Assembly: GCF_036321535.1 (NCBI RefSeq) | Contig: NC_087436.1 | Span: 27,530,001 to 27,594,000, forward strand | Reading direction: 5' to 3' | DNA length: 64,000 bases | From: Camelus dromedarius | Taxonomy: Eukaryota | Part shown: positions 1 to 12,530 of the stretch, one piece after another | How positions within the stretch are numbered: position 1 is the first letter of the stretch | Layout of the letters: each line of letters begins with the position of its first letter | Notes under the pieces: generated by a model | What the model saw: the letters and a program-made list of their open reading frames with translations, nothing else | What the model was told of the DNA's origin: nothing | The model's database searches: none | Program-made: the position numbers and the translations under genes

Positions 1-1154
1 GTTAGTTTCGTTGTGTAGAAAAAAACCAAAACTTTACTGAATGCCTCTAATTTTGCTTAGTTTTATTTATGCAAAACCTAACTTAATTGACTCTATACAA
101 GAAATTTGTGGTGCACCCCCATTTAAACAGATGAAGTAACTGACACACAGAGTAGTAAATTGATGGTTTCTCTAGCTAGAAAAGAGCTGAACAGAGGATC
201 AGAGCCCTTGCAGTGGTCGAGTGATTCAGTGGGAACTACAACTGCTCATGTGCCTTCTGGGCATCAAGAAATGTGATAGCTGATTTGATACACAGTGCAG
301 TCAACTGGAAATTCCAGAGAGATTGAGTTCAATTAAAACTCTGGTAAACATGCTAAATTTATTCACAAATAGAAAAATTTGTCTCAAGAAAGTAAAACAG
401 TAGTATTTGCATGCAGCATAGTGTAATTGTTAAAAATATAAATGTTCCAGTCAAGGTGCCTGAATCCCAACTTTGCCTCTGCTTCTAATTAATTATGTGA
501 TTTCTATTTAATTTACCTCTCCAAAAATCAGTCCTTTTATCTGTATAATTATAAATATATAAATATTAGATATTCATAATTATATAAATTATAAACAAAT
601 ACTGTATTTATATCAAAAGTTTATTTAAAGAACTAAATAAAAAAGCATATAACATAGAATCTATTACAAGGAACATGTTCAATAAATAATACTAGTTGTT
701 GATTTCCTTTATGTGAACTATATTGTAATGAAGTAAATACCTTTTTTCCTAATTTTGTGAAATTAAGTCAAAGAATGAAATATTAAAAATATGCAATTCT
801 ATCAATGTGTAAAAATACACTTGAGATTATAGGCTTCTAAATTTTCCTTCAATAAATACATGATTTATAGAAGTTAGTTCAAAAGGATTTAACGGATACC
901 TACTTTGCTCCAGGCAATAAAGTAAAGTAAGAGCATGAGATGAGTACGTGCCATCCTGACCCTGTATGTAGTACTAGACTTGTGTGGGAATCAGAAACAT
1001 CTGCAAATTGCTACACACTATCTTAATAAAAAGATCGGCAGAGCATGAAAAAGAAGCAGAAGAGGGAGAAGCTATTGACAGTTGTGTGTGTGTGTGATTT
1101 GGGGGACATCTGACTCCAAAGAAATAGCACAAAGAAAGATGGGGGTGGGGTATG

Positions 1155-1580
1155 TATTGACAGACTTGTTTAAGGAACCCACAAACACAAAAAGAGGCTT
1201 AGGTAACTGACAAGTCCATGGGTCTTAGTCCAGACCACCCACTTCTGAGCTTAGCTTTTCTCTGCATGGCTTCATTCTCAGGTAGGCTTGCTCCATAAGA
1301 TGTGCAAAAATTGTACTAGAAAATTCAGGCTTATATGCCTCAAATTCAAGAAGAGAGAACTATTTATTTTATGATCATTCTTGAATCATCTCTAGATCTA
1401 TTCAGATCACATGCATATTCCTGGACTAATCAATGTGAGATGTAGGGTAAGCTGGTAGATTTTCCTAGCTTAAATGAGAACCTCAGACTTAATTCTGTTG
1501 CGTGGCCCACCCAACTACTTGGACTTAGTGAGGGAAGACAAGTGGTCCTCTAAACACAACTGATGATACTGTCAGAAGTT
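1155..1580 (-). mobile_element. Old MaLR LTR (MLT1J/K-like)
   Basis: Motifs ggcttcattctcagg and gatcacatgc...cctggactaatca; highly diverged. Confidence 0.5.
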
Positions 1581-2376
1581 TAAATCTATGCTTGTCTAAA
1601 AACAAAGTAAAACAATACAAAGTCCAGGAGTTTGCTGAAGTCAGGGAAAGGCATCACTCTTGCATATGCCTGATGGACGAATTTAAAAAGGACTAGAACA
1701 GAGGGTGTTACAAATCTTGAAGTAATAGATGCCAGGGACCTGAGCTCAGACACAATAATGAAGAAGAGAAAAGTTTTAATCTTTACTGTTAAGGTCAGTG
1801 AATGGATAAAGTTATTTGCTGAATAAGAAGATGCAATCAAGAACAGTTCCCACACTTCAAGATGGGCCTGATCTGGAGTAAGGAATACAGAGATGGAGCA
1901 GTTGTAGGGAATGAGAGCTTGCTATATCCAAGAAATTATACTAAGTACTTTGTTCCATAAACTATTTCTGTTTAACCTTCATGAAAACAATAATGAAACA
2001 GAGTATTCATTCTATTTGACAGAAAAATATACTGAATCCTATAAAGAACTTTTATAAGACCCTTCAATAAGATTGGAGCTAAAACTTGCTTATAGCTCTC
2101 TTTCTCTGACAAGATAAAAACATGCCCATATGTACATAATGGGGAAGTAACAGGGGTAGATTTAAAATGCGCTGCACAGGATATGCAGGAAAATTATATT
2201 GAGATAAGGAATGTAAAATGCTTAAATAACATTTAATACATTGTACTTTTACTAACAGACTATTTTTTCAATTCAAAAAAGGCCATATTTTTCCACATTG
2301 GAAATTTTTAAAAAATTTGTTTATGTACATCTATATACTTATTTACTTAACTTGTTAATGTTTCTGCTTTCTCCAC

Positions 2377-2401
2377 GTGTGTGTGTGTGTGTGTGTGTGT
2401 G
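2377..2401. repeat. (GT)n microsatellite
   Basis: About 12 GT units. Confidence 0.95.
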
Positions 2402-3921
2402 GATAAAGGATACGTAAAATACTGGTGCATACTTAAATTAAATCAATCTTAACTGAGAAAATGTTACATATTATTTGTCACTCAATACTCTGCATTGTGT
2501 ATAAGCATCTGAAATCACACTTATCTCTCCATAATCTTTTCTCAATAATTTTTTTTAACTAATTCATGGGCAATTCTTACCCAGTTCTTCTGATTATTAA
2601 CCATGGAATACCTTCATATTAGTTTTATACTTTCTCAGTCCTCTCTACATTTTAGCTGAAAATGCTTTTAATCAGATCACCAACCTCCTGCCAGATCCAT
2701 TCTTCCTGGGCCATGCGAGAAGTGTCCTATCCCTGCCAAGTCTCCAAAACCAAATTCATTTCTTCAGCACCATCTACCTAGGCAATACTTCATTTTTCAT
2801 ACGCTCTTTTCACTTTCAAAGCCATACTCTTCAATGGGAAAATGAAATAAAAACACCATCTGTGTCCCCCCGTAAATTAATTAGATTTACCAGATAAGAC
2901 TGCAGGTTTATTTTAGCAAGATCACTTGCTCCTGCACCAGTCAGAAGGGGGGAGGGGTTGACAGGTTTGATAACTCTTGGCACACTCTGTCATTTCTTGG
3001 TAAAACATTTCTGAAAAGCAAGACATTTCCAGATTAGCTTCATGTGGTTTTTCGTCTCTTAAAATGCTGACCTTATTTCTCAGAAACTCACTTAATTTCC
3101 CAGCGAGTTGAGAGACGATGCCATGATTTACACAGAATTGTTGGTTTTACTGTTGTTGTTCTTGTTGCTGTTGCTGCTGCTTTTATACTTTGCCTCTGGA
3201 TGTCCCAAGAACCAAAAAGATAAGGAAGCTTCTTAACCATTAATAGACTATTAATTTCTGCTCCTTTAAGTCAGTGATATTGATTCCTTGTCAAAGATAA
3301 GGAAGGTTTTCAGTACTGCTTTTTAATCACTGTTATTCCTTAACAATCATTGAGAGATTATCATCCCATTATACCTACATGCAGCTTCAATGTAACCCTC
3401 TAGAAGTGTTACTTCCTTTACTGTGACAGAAATCACATGGATGCTGCACTGGATTCCTGTATTTGTCCCTAGTTCTTTCACCCAGAGATCCTGGGCAAAG
3501 GAAATTCATAAAGTCTCTGAAACCCAGTTTGCTTATATCTAAAATAGATATAGTTTGCATATGCCAAAAACATTTTAGAAAATTAAAGTATTTAAATTAT
3601 GTGAAGAAATACATGGTATGGATTTATTTTTCCTTTATCAAATTAGTAGGAAGAGGAATTAGAGTGAAATGTTTCTGGATAACTTGTTAAACTTTACAAT
3701 TTTGAAAATTTGTCCCAAGATGGGACTACTGTGGAAAACAGGATCTTAGTCATTTTCAATATTTAAAAAACAGATAATATTATTGAATGATATCCAAGGA
3801 TATAAAAAAAGATTTATTCATGACAAGTGATATGTGAATGTCCTGGATATTCCCACAGAAAGAATGTGAGTCACTGAGACTGCTGAACAATAAATAATAT
3901 CAGCCAGATGATAGCTACATA

Positions 3922-4565
3922 TGTTAGAGCAGGCAGAGAGCTCGATCAGAGCAGAGCAAAGGGGGACGCGGGCCAAATGGGGCCAATGACGGGAATGGGC
4001 AGAAAAAGGAGGGACACGGGCCAAATGGCAGGAAACCATATGTCATGTGAATAACAGGGGTCCTTGGGCAGACAGAAAAGCAGGAACCTCTGGACTGATG
4101 AGAGATCACACATTTTGGGGTGACAAGTGGCCTGGAGGCAAAGAAAGGCGGGAAAAGACAGGAATCTCAGTGTCCGAATGTAACCTTTTGCTCATTATGC
4201 CCTCATTACAATAAAATTAGCCTTGCAGATTAGAAGCACCCATCATGCACCAACGCCATGACACTTCCTATCCAGACTAAATAAGGACAAACATCCCTCT
4301 TCCCTTTGCGAAGGTGGAGCTGGGATGTAAATCAAGGAACGTGATGCCAAACCCTCCCCTCCCCAGTGATTATTCCATCCATTTACTTTTACATGCTATG
4401 TAACCAACTTGCCAAAGAAGCTCATTGAAGCTGTTCACCTGGGCCTGCCCGCTCGCCCCCTGAGGGTGTACTAACTATTGCTTAATAAATTCTCACTTTA
4501 GTTTCTTAAACTTCACGTCTCTGAATTTTTTCTGTAGTGAGACAAGAACCCAATCGCTGTCAACA
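3922..4565 (+). mobile_element. Solo ERV LTR (ERV1-like), 644 bp, full length
   Basis: TGTT...AACA inverted termini; 4-bp TSD CATA at 3918-3921 and 4566-4569; internal direct repeat GGGAC(G/A)CGGGCCAAATGG; CCAAT box; AATAAA near 4483; GC-rich relative to flanks. Confidence 0.9.
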
Positions 4566-6027
4566 CATAGAAAAAAAATATCTGCACACTATGTTTTACA
4601 AGAAGGGATTTGGAAATCTGCTCATAGGAACAATTATGCAGGGTCAGAACATACTTTTATCCTATACTGATATGCATGATGATAAATTCATTCAATTAAT
4701 GACAAGATAGGTAGACAATTTTCAATAAAAAAGACTTAACTATAGAATAACAAAAGGCAGATGGTTGTCTAACTCTCCCCTTGACTGCAGAGACACTTGA
4801 AAAGATCCAGCTGATCACTAAGAGGAAAACCATCCATAAATTAAATACATGAAAGACCATTTTCCATATTTAACAGCAGATACTGATCTACATGAGGCAA
4901 AGATGAACAACTTATTGACTCTTGTTCCTTTGAGTCATCAGTTATTTAGAAAGGAATGGAATCTCCGCAGAATTGCTCCAATATATTTTATACTGAGAGA
5001 GGTGAGTTTAAGAAGAGTATTAGGGTATAAAGATTAGGTTCCTTTGTCCAGGTCTCCTGTCTAACTTTGTCCCAAAGTTTTTATTTTCAATAGGATACTT
5101 TTATTAGTAGTCACAATAAAATAAGCCAGTATACATTTAATATATTTTTAATCCTTGCAAGGTTATGACTAGTAATATCTGAGAGGTATTTGTAGTGAAT
5201 CCATTTCTCACTTTAATATGGAGTTAATTTGAAAAACAAAAGTGATAATTATTTGCTTTTTGGCTATAATATAACTAACAGCACTCCATTTAGGATGCTC
5301 ACTGATAAAATAAACACGAGCTGCTACGGAGAGGTGGTGGTAAGGCTAGTTAATGCTGTTGCCCCTGCCAGTTCTTTGATGTAGCAGCCAGTTTTTCTGT
5401 GGCCTGCACTGTGGTTTATGAGATGTGCAAAGACTCTGGGTAATCTACTAGAGGGACTGATAAGAATGTTACAAATAATGGTTTAAGGTGAGCGTGAAAA
5501 ATGCGCAGGAAACAGAGGTGGAGAAAGGTAAAGTCTAGACCTCCTGTAACCGTGTTTTATGTTTGTAATAACTTGTTCTATGACTAAGTCAAGATTTTTA
5601 AAATTTATTTTATCGTCTGGTGGAACTATTTTATTTTGCAATAAACCCTCTATGTAGCAATAAATTAAAATATAGGAAACTGTGTGATTAATTAATAAAC
5701 GTCTGTTTTTTAAGAAAGTTGATTTTTACGTGTAATTTGCCCATAAGTTTTACTGGCATTCATGATCTACCACAGAGGCTCCAATGACATTGATTCTGTA
5801 AATGTTTGAAGATGCATCAGTATCTACTTCAAAAGTTCCTACGATTTTAATGATGGTCTAAAGATCACGAAAGCATCCAACTGCTGCTGTTGCACTGACA
5901 TACAACTCTGTGAAGCATAATTTTTATTTAAATAAAATACTGGTTTTTGTGTGTCTTATTTGGTCCTTCCACAGAAAGAGAGTGAGGGGTGGAAACAGTT
6001 TATTTGTGGAGTGGAGATGTAACGTTT

Positions 6028-6471
6028 GTACAGTAAGCAGAATAATATACCCCCCAAAATGGTCACGTGCTAATGCTAATCCTTGGAACTTTTGAATATT
6101 TTGAATATGCTACTTTTTCTGGCAAAAGAGACTTTGCAGATATGATTAAATATCTTAGATTTTTACAGGTGAAAAGAGGGAGGCAGGCAGATGAGAGAGA
6201 GACTGTAAAATGCTGGGCTTCTGGCTTTAAAGATGAAGAAAGAGGCCACAAGCAAAGGAATGCAGGCAATTTGTAGACAACGGAAGAGACAAGTAAATAG
6301 ATTCTCTGCTGGAGCCTCCAGAGAAATGCAATGCTGCCAACACCTTGAGTTTTAGCCTTGGGAAAACCACTTCGTACCTCTGACTTTCAAAACTGTAAGA
6401 TAATAAATTGATGTTCTCTTAAGCAACTAAGTTTGTGATAATCTGTTACAGAAGGAATAGGAACTTAATAG
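6028..6471 (+). mobile_element. MaLR LTR, MLT1D-like
   Basis: Recognisable MLT1 motifs: gactttgcagatatgattaa, ggagcctccaga, aactgtaagataataaa...aagcaactaagtttgtg. Confidence 0.8.
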
Positions 6472-6561
6472 AGTCTGTGAAAGGTAACAGGAATAAAGTA
6501 GGATTGGGTAAAGAAAGGCTTCAGATTGCAATGCAGACTTGACACCTGTGAAAACAGGTAG

Positions 6562-6948
6562 TATATTAGTTTGCTAAGGCTGTTTTAAACCAAATATCCC
6601 AGACTTGGTGACTTAACATCACTCCCCGACCCCATACAGTTCTGGAGGCTGTAAATCCAAGGTCAAGGTGCTGGCTAGGCTGGCTTCCTCTGAGATCTCT
6701 CTCCTTGGCTTGCAGATGGCCACCCTCTTGCTGCCTATTCCACGTGGTCATCCATCTGTGTACATGCACCCCTGGTATCTCTCTTCTTTTAAGGCCAACA
6801 GTCATAATGGATAAGGACCCCACTCTAATGGCCTCATTTAACTTTATCACCTCTGTAAAGGGTCTAGCTCCAAATACAGCCACTCTGATGCAAGGGATTT
6901 AGGGCTTTGTTGTATGGATTTGAGGGACACATTATTAATTCCGTAACA
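6562..6948 (-). mobile_element. MaLR LTR, MLT1A-like
   Basis: tattagtttgctaaggctg...cagttctggaggctg...gcttgcagatggcc...ccaaatacag...cgtaaca matches the reverse complement of MLT1A/B. Confidence 0.8.
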
Positions 6949-7259
6949 GGGGAAAAAGAGAGAAACACAGATTGCAATGTAAATCTGACAATGCCTCAGG
7001 AAAACCAACTGTACAGAATAAAGGTTGCCCAGTCAATGAGTTTCAGGTTGTGAAGAAATCATCAGGCCCTAGTATTGCCATTGTGTTCAGTCAACGTGGC
7101 TTCCCTGAGAGAGCAGGGCCTCCACTCAAATGCTGCAGGAGGTCCCAAATGGTGCAGCTGGAGACTGTTATCTGATTACATTCCTCCCAGAAAGGCATAT
7201 TTTATTTCTTTTTTGAAGGCAAATCAAAATGGCACATCTCCATTACCGCCACAATTAAT

Positions 7260-8067
7260 TTTGCTCTTTTTTAATTCTAATTTTTCTTGTGCACATATGA
7301 AATGTGAAACAATAGCTCTTAACATCTTGGCATCATTAGCAGAACAGCTAAATGTTGCCAGTTTTATAACATAGTATATGACAGATGCTTCAAAAACAAA
7401 ATCGGTTAACTTAATTTCAGTAATGGTTTATATTGTTATGGAATGCTCATAAAGTTTTTGGAAGTTCATTCTTCAAAGGTGAAGCTTTTTTTATTATTGT
7501 AAATAGTCCTGTAAGCTCATTTATAAGGTTTAACATTGCAGACAAAACTATTTGTCTTTGAGATGATGATTAGAAAACAAATATTAGTAGAACACAGCAT
7601 CATAATAAAAAAAAACCTGTTGTTATTTACTAAAGTAAGAAATTTACAGAACAGAAATATACTTTGGATTGTTATACACAAACAAATCTGCATCTCTATA
7701 AAATTCAACATTCTAACATGTAGAAGCTACAGTTGTCAAAATATACACATAAATAGACATAATAGGATAACTATACTACAAAATTTGGGGATTAAACTGA
7801 AGTTTAATGTAAAAAATTTAATGTAAAAGAATTGCTGCCATCACCGATTGGACTTTAGAAATGTTTGAGCCTTTGAATAACTATTTGTTTAATAAACTTC
7901 AGTACACATTGCAGTGATGCTGATTTTTCTGACATCTTTCAAATTCAAAAAGTTTATTCAAAACGAGGCAGAAAATGTTTAACACAATAGTTAATGGAGA
8001 CAGCACCAATTTTTTTTTTTAGCTTTTTAGCTTGAGAATTCAGATTGTTGAAAACAAAGCTTTCAAA
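7260..8067 (-). pseudogene. Two further probable pseudo-exons (8067-7845 and 7508 to ~7260)
   Basis: First reads FESFVFNNLNSQAKK...LQCVLKFIKQIVIQRLKHF*SPI G|gtgatg. Second starts gagcttacag|GA and reads LFTIIKKASPLKNELPKTL*AF...ILFLKHLSYTML*NWQHL. The phase 1 junction is consistent, but both are frameshifted. Confidence 0.35.
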
Positions 8068-8167
8068 CCAGAAATCATTAACATTCATTTACATAAAAGC
8101 AAAGTGATAAAATATGCAACCATAGATAAGATTTTCTGTTATGTATATATTTTTATTAACATCTTAG

Positions 8168-8357
8168 CTTGTGAGAAGAATATTCGGATGCAGCCTCCAT
8201 TTCACTGAGTCTATTTATATTCTGTACCACAATGGAATTAAATTGGGAAAACTTGTAATTTTGCAGCATTTAAGTTTGGCAAACATTCAAAATATCTTAA
8301 GTATAGACAAGAGTTTTAATAAGTTTTGCATTGTAAAACTTTATCTTAGAAGTTTTC
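8168..8357 (-). pseudogene. Pseudo-exon (phase 2 start; donor degenerate)
   Basis: Strong acceptor tcttttactttcag|G with matching phase. Translation KTSKIKFYNAKLIKTLVYT*...SEMEAASEYSSHK, then |ctaaga. Confidence 0.45.
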
Positions 8358-8478
8358 CTGAAAGTAAAAGACAATACCTGTGATAATATTTGGGCTAAAA
8401 TATTTATATGTTTCAATATTGAAAAGATAAGATTAATAACATCAATCTAACAAAATTTAGAATTTGCTCTGATCTTAC

Positions 8479-8759
8479 CTCAATAACTATGATGAAACAG
8501 TTTCCTGAATTAAAAGTATAATGTCGGACAGAGAAAAGCCAGCTGAAGAGTCTACAATTTCAAACTAACCATAAAATGCAACTTTGAAGAGTATTTCAGG
8601 CAAAAATTTTTTTTTAAAAGAGAGACTTTATAAAAATATGGTCTTCTGAAAAATGCCAATGGTAATGTACTATGGACAAATACAGATAAGAGACTAAACT
8701 ACAAGACCATACAAGAAGATAATAATTCTGTTTGTTTCATCTTAATATTCAGAAAATTG
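8479..8759 (-). pseudogene. Pseudo-exon (281 nt, phase 0 to 2) spanning most of an RGS-like domain
   Basis: Splice sites ctagtttatag|CAA...TTG AG|gtaaga. Single frame QFSEY*DETNRIIIFLYGLVV*...IFQKTIFL*SLSFKKKFLPEILFKVAFYG*FEIVDSSAGFSLSDIILLIQETVSS*LL. Confidence 0.6.
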
Positions 8760-8971
8760 CTATAAACTAGGTTTTTAAATTTGACTTTGCTTTAACATGA
8801 AATATAGCCACATACATGAGACAATTCTAATTTTGAAAATACTTTATGCATCGAAATAGACTAGAATAGGTGGAAGAATGCAAGTCAACAAATTTATAGA
8901 TCAATAAATATTTCAAATGTTGTATGTTTGAAATTATGTAGTTGTTTCACTTCATTCTTTAAAGTAGCCAC

Positions 8972-9189
8972 CTATAAGCAGTATATTACAGTCATGCCAT
9001 GTATAAGGGTTTTGAAAGATGTTCTTGTGATTGTCATGCTTGCAAAATGAAGAGCCTGGTAGTCAATTTTATGTATAATAAAAAAGCAATTTAATAAGAA
9101 AATAGAAGATTTTTCTCCTTACTAGACAGTAACAATTGGCTGCAAGAATTTATGATTTGAATTTGGTTTCACTGAGCAAGATAAAGTAG
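8972..9189 (-). pseudogene. Pseudo-exon (218 nt, phase 1 to 0)
   Basis: Splice sites ttttttattgtcttag|CT...TAG|gtggct. Ends FASMTITRTSFKTLIHGMTVIYCL*, joining QFSEY of the next exon (RGS-like SF..L+...F.EY). Confidence 0.55.
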
Positions 9190-9602
9190 CTAAGACAATA
9201 AAAAAAAAAAATAGGTATCCTTTTCAACATGCAAGCCTTAAAGCAAAAAACAGGCAGCAGAAAAAATGTCTCCGCTTCTTATTAATAAAACATGAGGTCA
9301 TATATTGGTGATCTACTTAAGGAGATCTTGAAACTTGAGGGAAGATAGGTATAGTAATTGTATAGAGTTTGGGGAAGGCTGCTGCAGGGTCCAACTTCGA
9401 CAACAGACTCAGGTCATGGGATTTCTACTTTAAAAAAAATCACCTGAAGGATGCATGTAGCAGCAGCCATGCTCTGGTCTGAGAGGCATCGCCTCAGTTG
9501 TACCTGTCACCAGCTACATCCCCCACGGGGATGACAGGAAATTAAGTGTATCCTTCATCGGGACTAAATTCAGGGGAAAGAATATTTGGTGACTTTACTT
9601 AC

Positions 9603-9676
9603 TTGTTCATTTCTGCTTTCAAATACATAGCCCTATTTCTTTTTAAAAAGCCTTATGTCAAGGATATTCAATTGTC
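9603..9676 (-). pseudogene. Possible pseudo-exon (74 nt)
   Basis: Splice sites accatcatag|GA...CAA|gtaagt (consensus donor). Translation QLNILDIRLFKKK*GYVFESRNEQ. Its end phase does not match exon 9189 without an indel or a missing exon. Confidence 0.35.
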
Positions 9677-10179
9677 CTATGATGGTAGGTTAGCTAAAAC
9701 TGGAAATAAATGTATTTTTTCCTTCCTAAACCTTTATTCTTATCACTAATTCAGGCCTTGAGAATTCTTTTCTGAATAAAAAAAGAAAAACAAATAGAAA
9801 GATGATTGGAGATAACATTAAATAATGTTTAGGTCTTATTAAAATTAGCTCCTGGGCTGGACAAAACACAGGTAAAGAGAGGGGTACACTTGGGACTTGA
9901 TGCTGTCTGGAGTGGTTATCCTTACTGCAATTACTGAGAAAAAACAATTATACACAGAGTCAGAGTTCTCTGCTGTATTTTTCTATACATCTAGTTACCT
10001 TATTATGCCTAAGCTACCAGTCCTTGGACCGATAATGTAATTTCATTGCATAAAATAGATCTTGTTACTTGGTTCATACACCAGTGTTTTGTGCCACAGG
10101 GGGAAAGGGTCAACTCTTTGTTAGAAAACACATTTTGTTACATTCTCCTATTCTTTCAGTCAGGGCAAATTGTGACCAC

Positions 10180-11170
10180 AAATATCAACAAATACTAAAC
10201 TACAAAAATCAGAGAGAGTATGTTTTCTGACTTCATGGAGAATTAAGCTAGCATTCAGTGACAAAAAATAACTGAAAATCTTCAAATGCTTGAAAACTAA
10301 ACACTGCATATTTTATTTATTCATAAATTTATAAAGCAAATTACAAAATATTTTGAACCAAATGATAATGAAAACATGACCTACCAAAACTTGTGGGAAG
10401 TAGTTCAAGTTTTTCTCAAAGAGAAATATTGACCTATAATTTCACATAATAGAAAACATAATAAAAATAAAATAAATATATGATAGAATTTTGAAAATAT
10501 CAAATTGTACTCAAGAATAACAAAGATAAAAGCATGAATAAGTGATAGATAAATATAGTACAGTAGAGTGGATTTTAAAAGGCAAATTTGATATTTGAGA
10601 AGTCTAATAAAATTGAAATATACCTGGAAAAACTGAGAAAGAACACAAAGAAGGCAGATTAAATCAGTATCATAAACCCAAAAGGTGATGTCACTCCCTA
10701 ACCTGCAGACATCAGAAGGAGAATAAGCAGTTTAGGAAAAGCTTATGACAATAAATTTTAAAATTTATATTAAAAACAAATTTCTAGATAAACAGTTTAC
10801 CAACTGACACAAGAACTGAAAAATCTGCTTTGTCCTATATGAATCACAGATACTCAGTACATACACAATCCGTAAGGAAAACACCAGATGGTTTCACCAA
10901 TGATAGCTTCCAAATATTTAAGAACTCAATACCACCAACTCTACTCAACTAATCCTGAGAATATTAAATACTGTCCATTTTAAAATAAAGACCACATAAA
11001 CCTTGATGTCAAAACCTGACAAAGATTTTATAAATGGAACTGGAAAGGGATTTTTCACAAGAATATAAATTCCTATCATCCACAAAATATTAGCAAAGTG
11101 AATTAAGCATCATATATATAAGTATATTATAATCAGATACTTTCGTATTTACTCTAGGAAAGCAAAGATA
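10180..11170 (+). mobile_element. Ancient L1 (L1M-type) ORF2 fragment
   Basis: A-rich, with degenerate ORF2 motifs (ccaaaacttgtggga, ccagatggtttcac, caaaacctgacaaaga, aaaatattagcaaa). Confidence 0.75.
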
Positions 11171-11909
11171 AAATTGTATTTGAAACTTAAGCTTTAACTT
11201 CTCACTACCTTCAGAAAATAAACAATTTAATAACTAAACAAAGCATAATAGGTGTTGATAAATAAAGCTGATGAAAATGAAACAGAGTGATGTGATCCAT
11301 TCAATGTGAGGATGTGAAAAGAAGCTTCAGTGGGAGACGACAGAATATTAAGTCTGAAATTTAGAAAAAAGTCTCTCTGAAGAGGTAATTTTTAAGCTAA
11401 AATAGCAATGAGAAAAAGTCCTGGCTATAGGGTTATCTGGTAGAAGAACACTCTGTGTAGAAAGCACAGCTCTTGCACAGACCCTTCAAAGAGGAGGAAA
11501 AAGTCCATGGGTGGGTTTTTTGCATCAGCATTTGATCAAATACTAGTCACTAAAAATTTTCTTTCATGCAAACTCCATTTACTACCCTGATTTTCTTCAG
11601 ACTACCACAAACTTCTGAAAGAATTTTAGCCTACTCTCCTGTATCTTCAACTTTCATTAACCCAACGCAACGTGGCTTCCTTCAGGGTTCATTACTATGT
11701 CCTCATTCATTACCAACCTATACCGTCTTCCTGGGTGATCCTGCTCACACATGTGAGGACATCAAGTCAAGTGAAGACTCTCGTGATTTGAAATTTCAGC
11801 AGCCCAAATTCCCTCCTCAGTGCCAGACTCATCTTTGTGACTTCCTACTAGACAGCACCTCAAAGAGTCACATGCAACTAAACCCAGAATGTCCTCTACA
11901 GAATGCACT

Positions 11910-11976
11910 CTTTCTACTGAAACAGAGTTGATTTACAATATTGTGCTAGTTTCAGGTATACGACAAAATGATTCAG

Positions 11977-12045
<69 letters not shown>

Positions 12046-12530
12046 GATTATTTTCCATTATAGGTTATTATAAGATATTGAATATAGTTCCCTGTGCTGT
12101 ACAGTAAACCTTGTTACTTATCTATTTTATGTATAGTAGTTTGTATAAGTTAATCCCATATTCCTAATATATCCCTCCCCTCTTGTCTTTCCCCCTTGGT
12201 AACCACAAGTTTGTTTTCTTTGTCTGTTGAGTCTGTTTCTGTTTTGTATACAGATTCATCTGCATTACTTTTTAGATTCCACATATAAGTGATATCATAT
12301 AATATTTGTCTTTCTCTTTCTCACTTACTTCACTTAGTATGATAATCTGTAAGTCCATCCATGTTGCTGCACATGGCAATATTTCACTTTATATAGCTGA
12401 GTAATATTGATAAACACCACATCTTAAACCAATCATCTGTTGATGGGCACTTGGATTGTTTCCACATCTTGGCTATCATAAATAGGGCTGCATAAATATT
12501 GGGGTGCAAGTATCTTTTTGAATTAAGAAT
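11910..12530 (-). mobile_element. L1 3' end (cetartiodactyl-type)
   Basis: Reverse complement of an L1 3'UTR (gttgatttacaatattgtg...aatatagttccctgtgct...ccatccatgttgctgc). Confidence 0.9.
11979..12041. repeat. (TA)n microsatellite, about 31 units
   Basis: Perfect TA run within the L1 3'UTR. Confidence 0.98.

Larger units (their letters stand above)
5952..7253 (-). mobile_element. Old ERVL LTR (LTR16-like) split by two MaLR insertions
   Basis: Minus-strand termini TGTGGCGG...AAGACA; LTR16-like sequence at 5952-6025, 6472-6560 and 6950-7253. Confidence 0.55.

Noticed and set aside
11566..11931. 121-aa ORF
   Set aside because: Chance open frame over a decayed L2 RT region.
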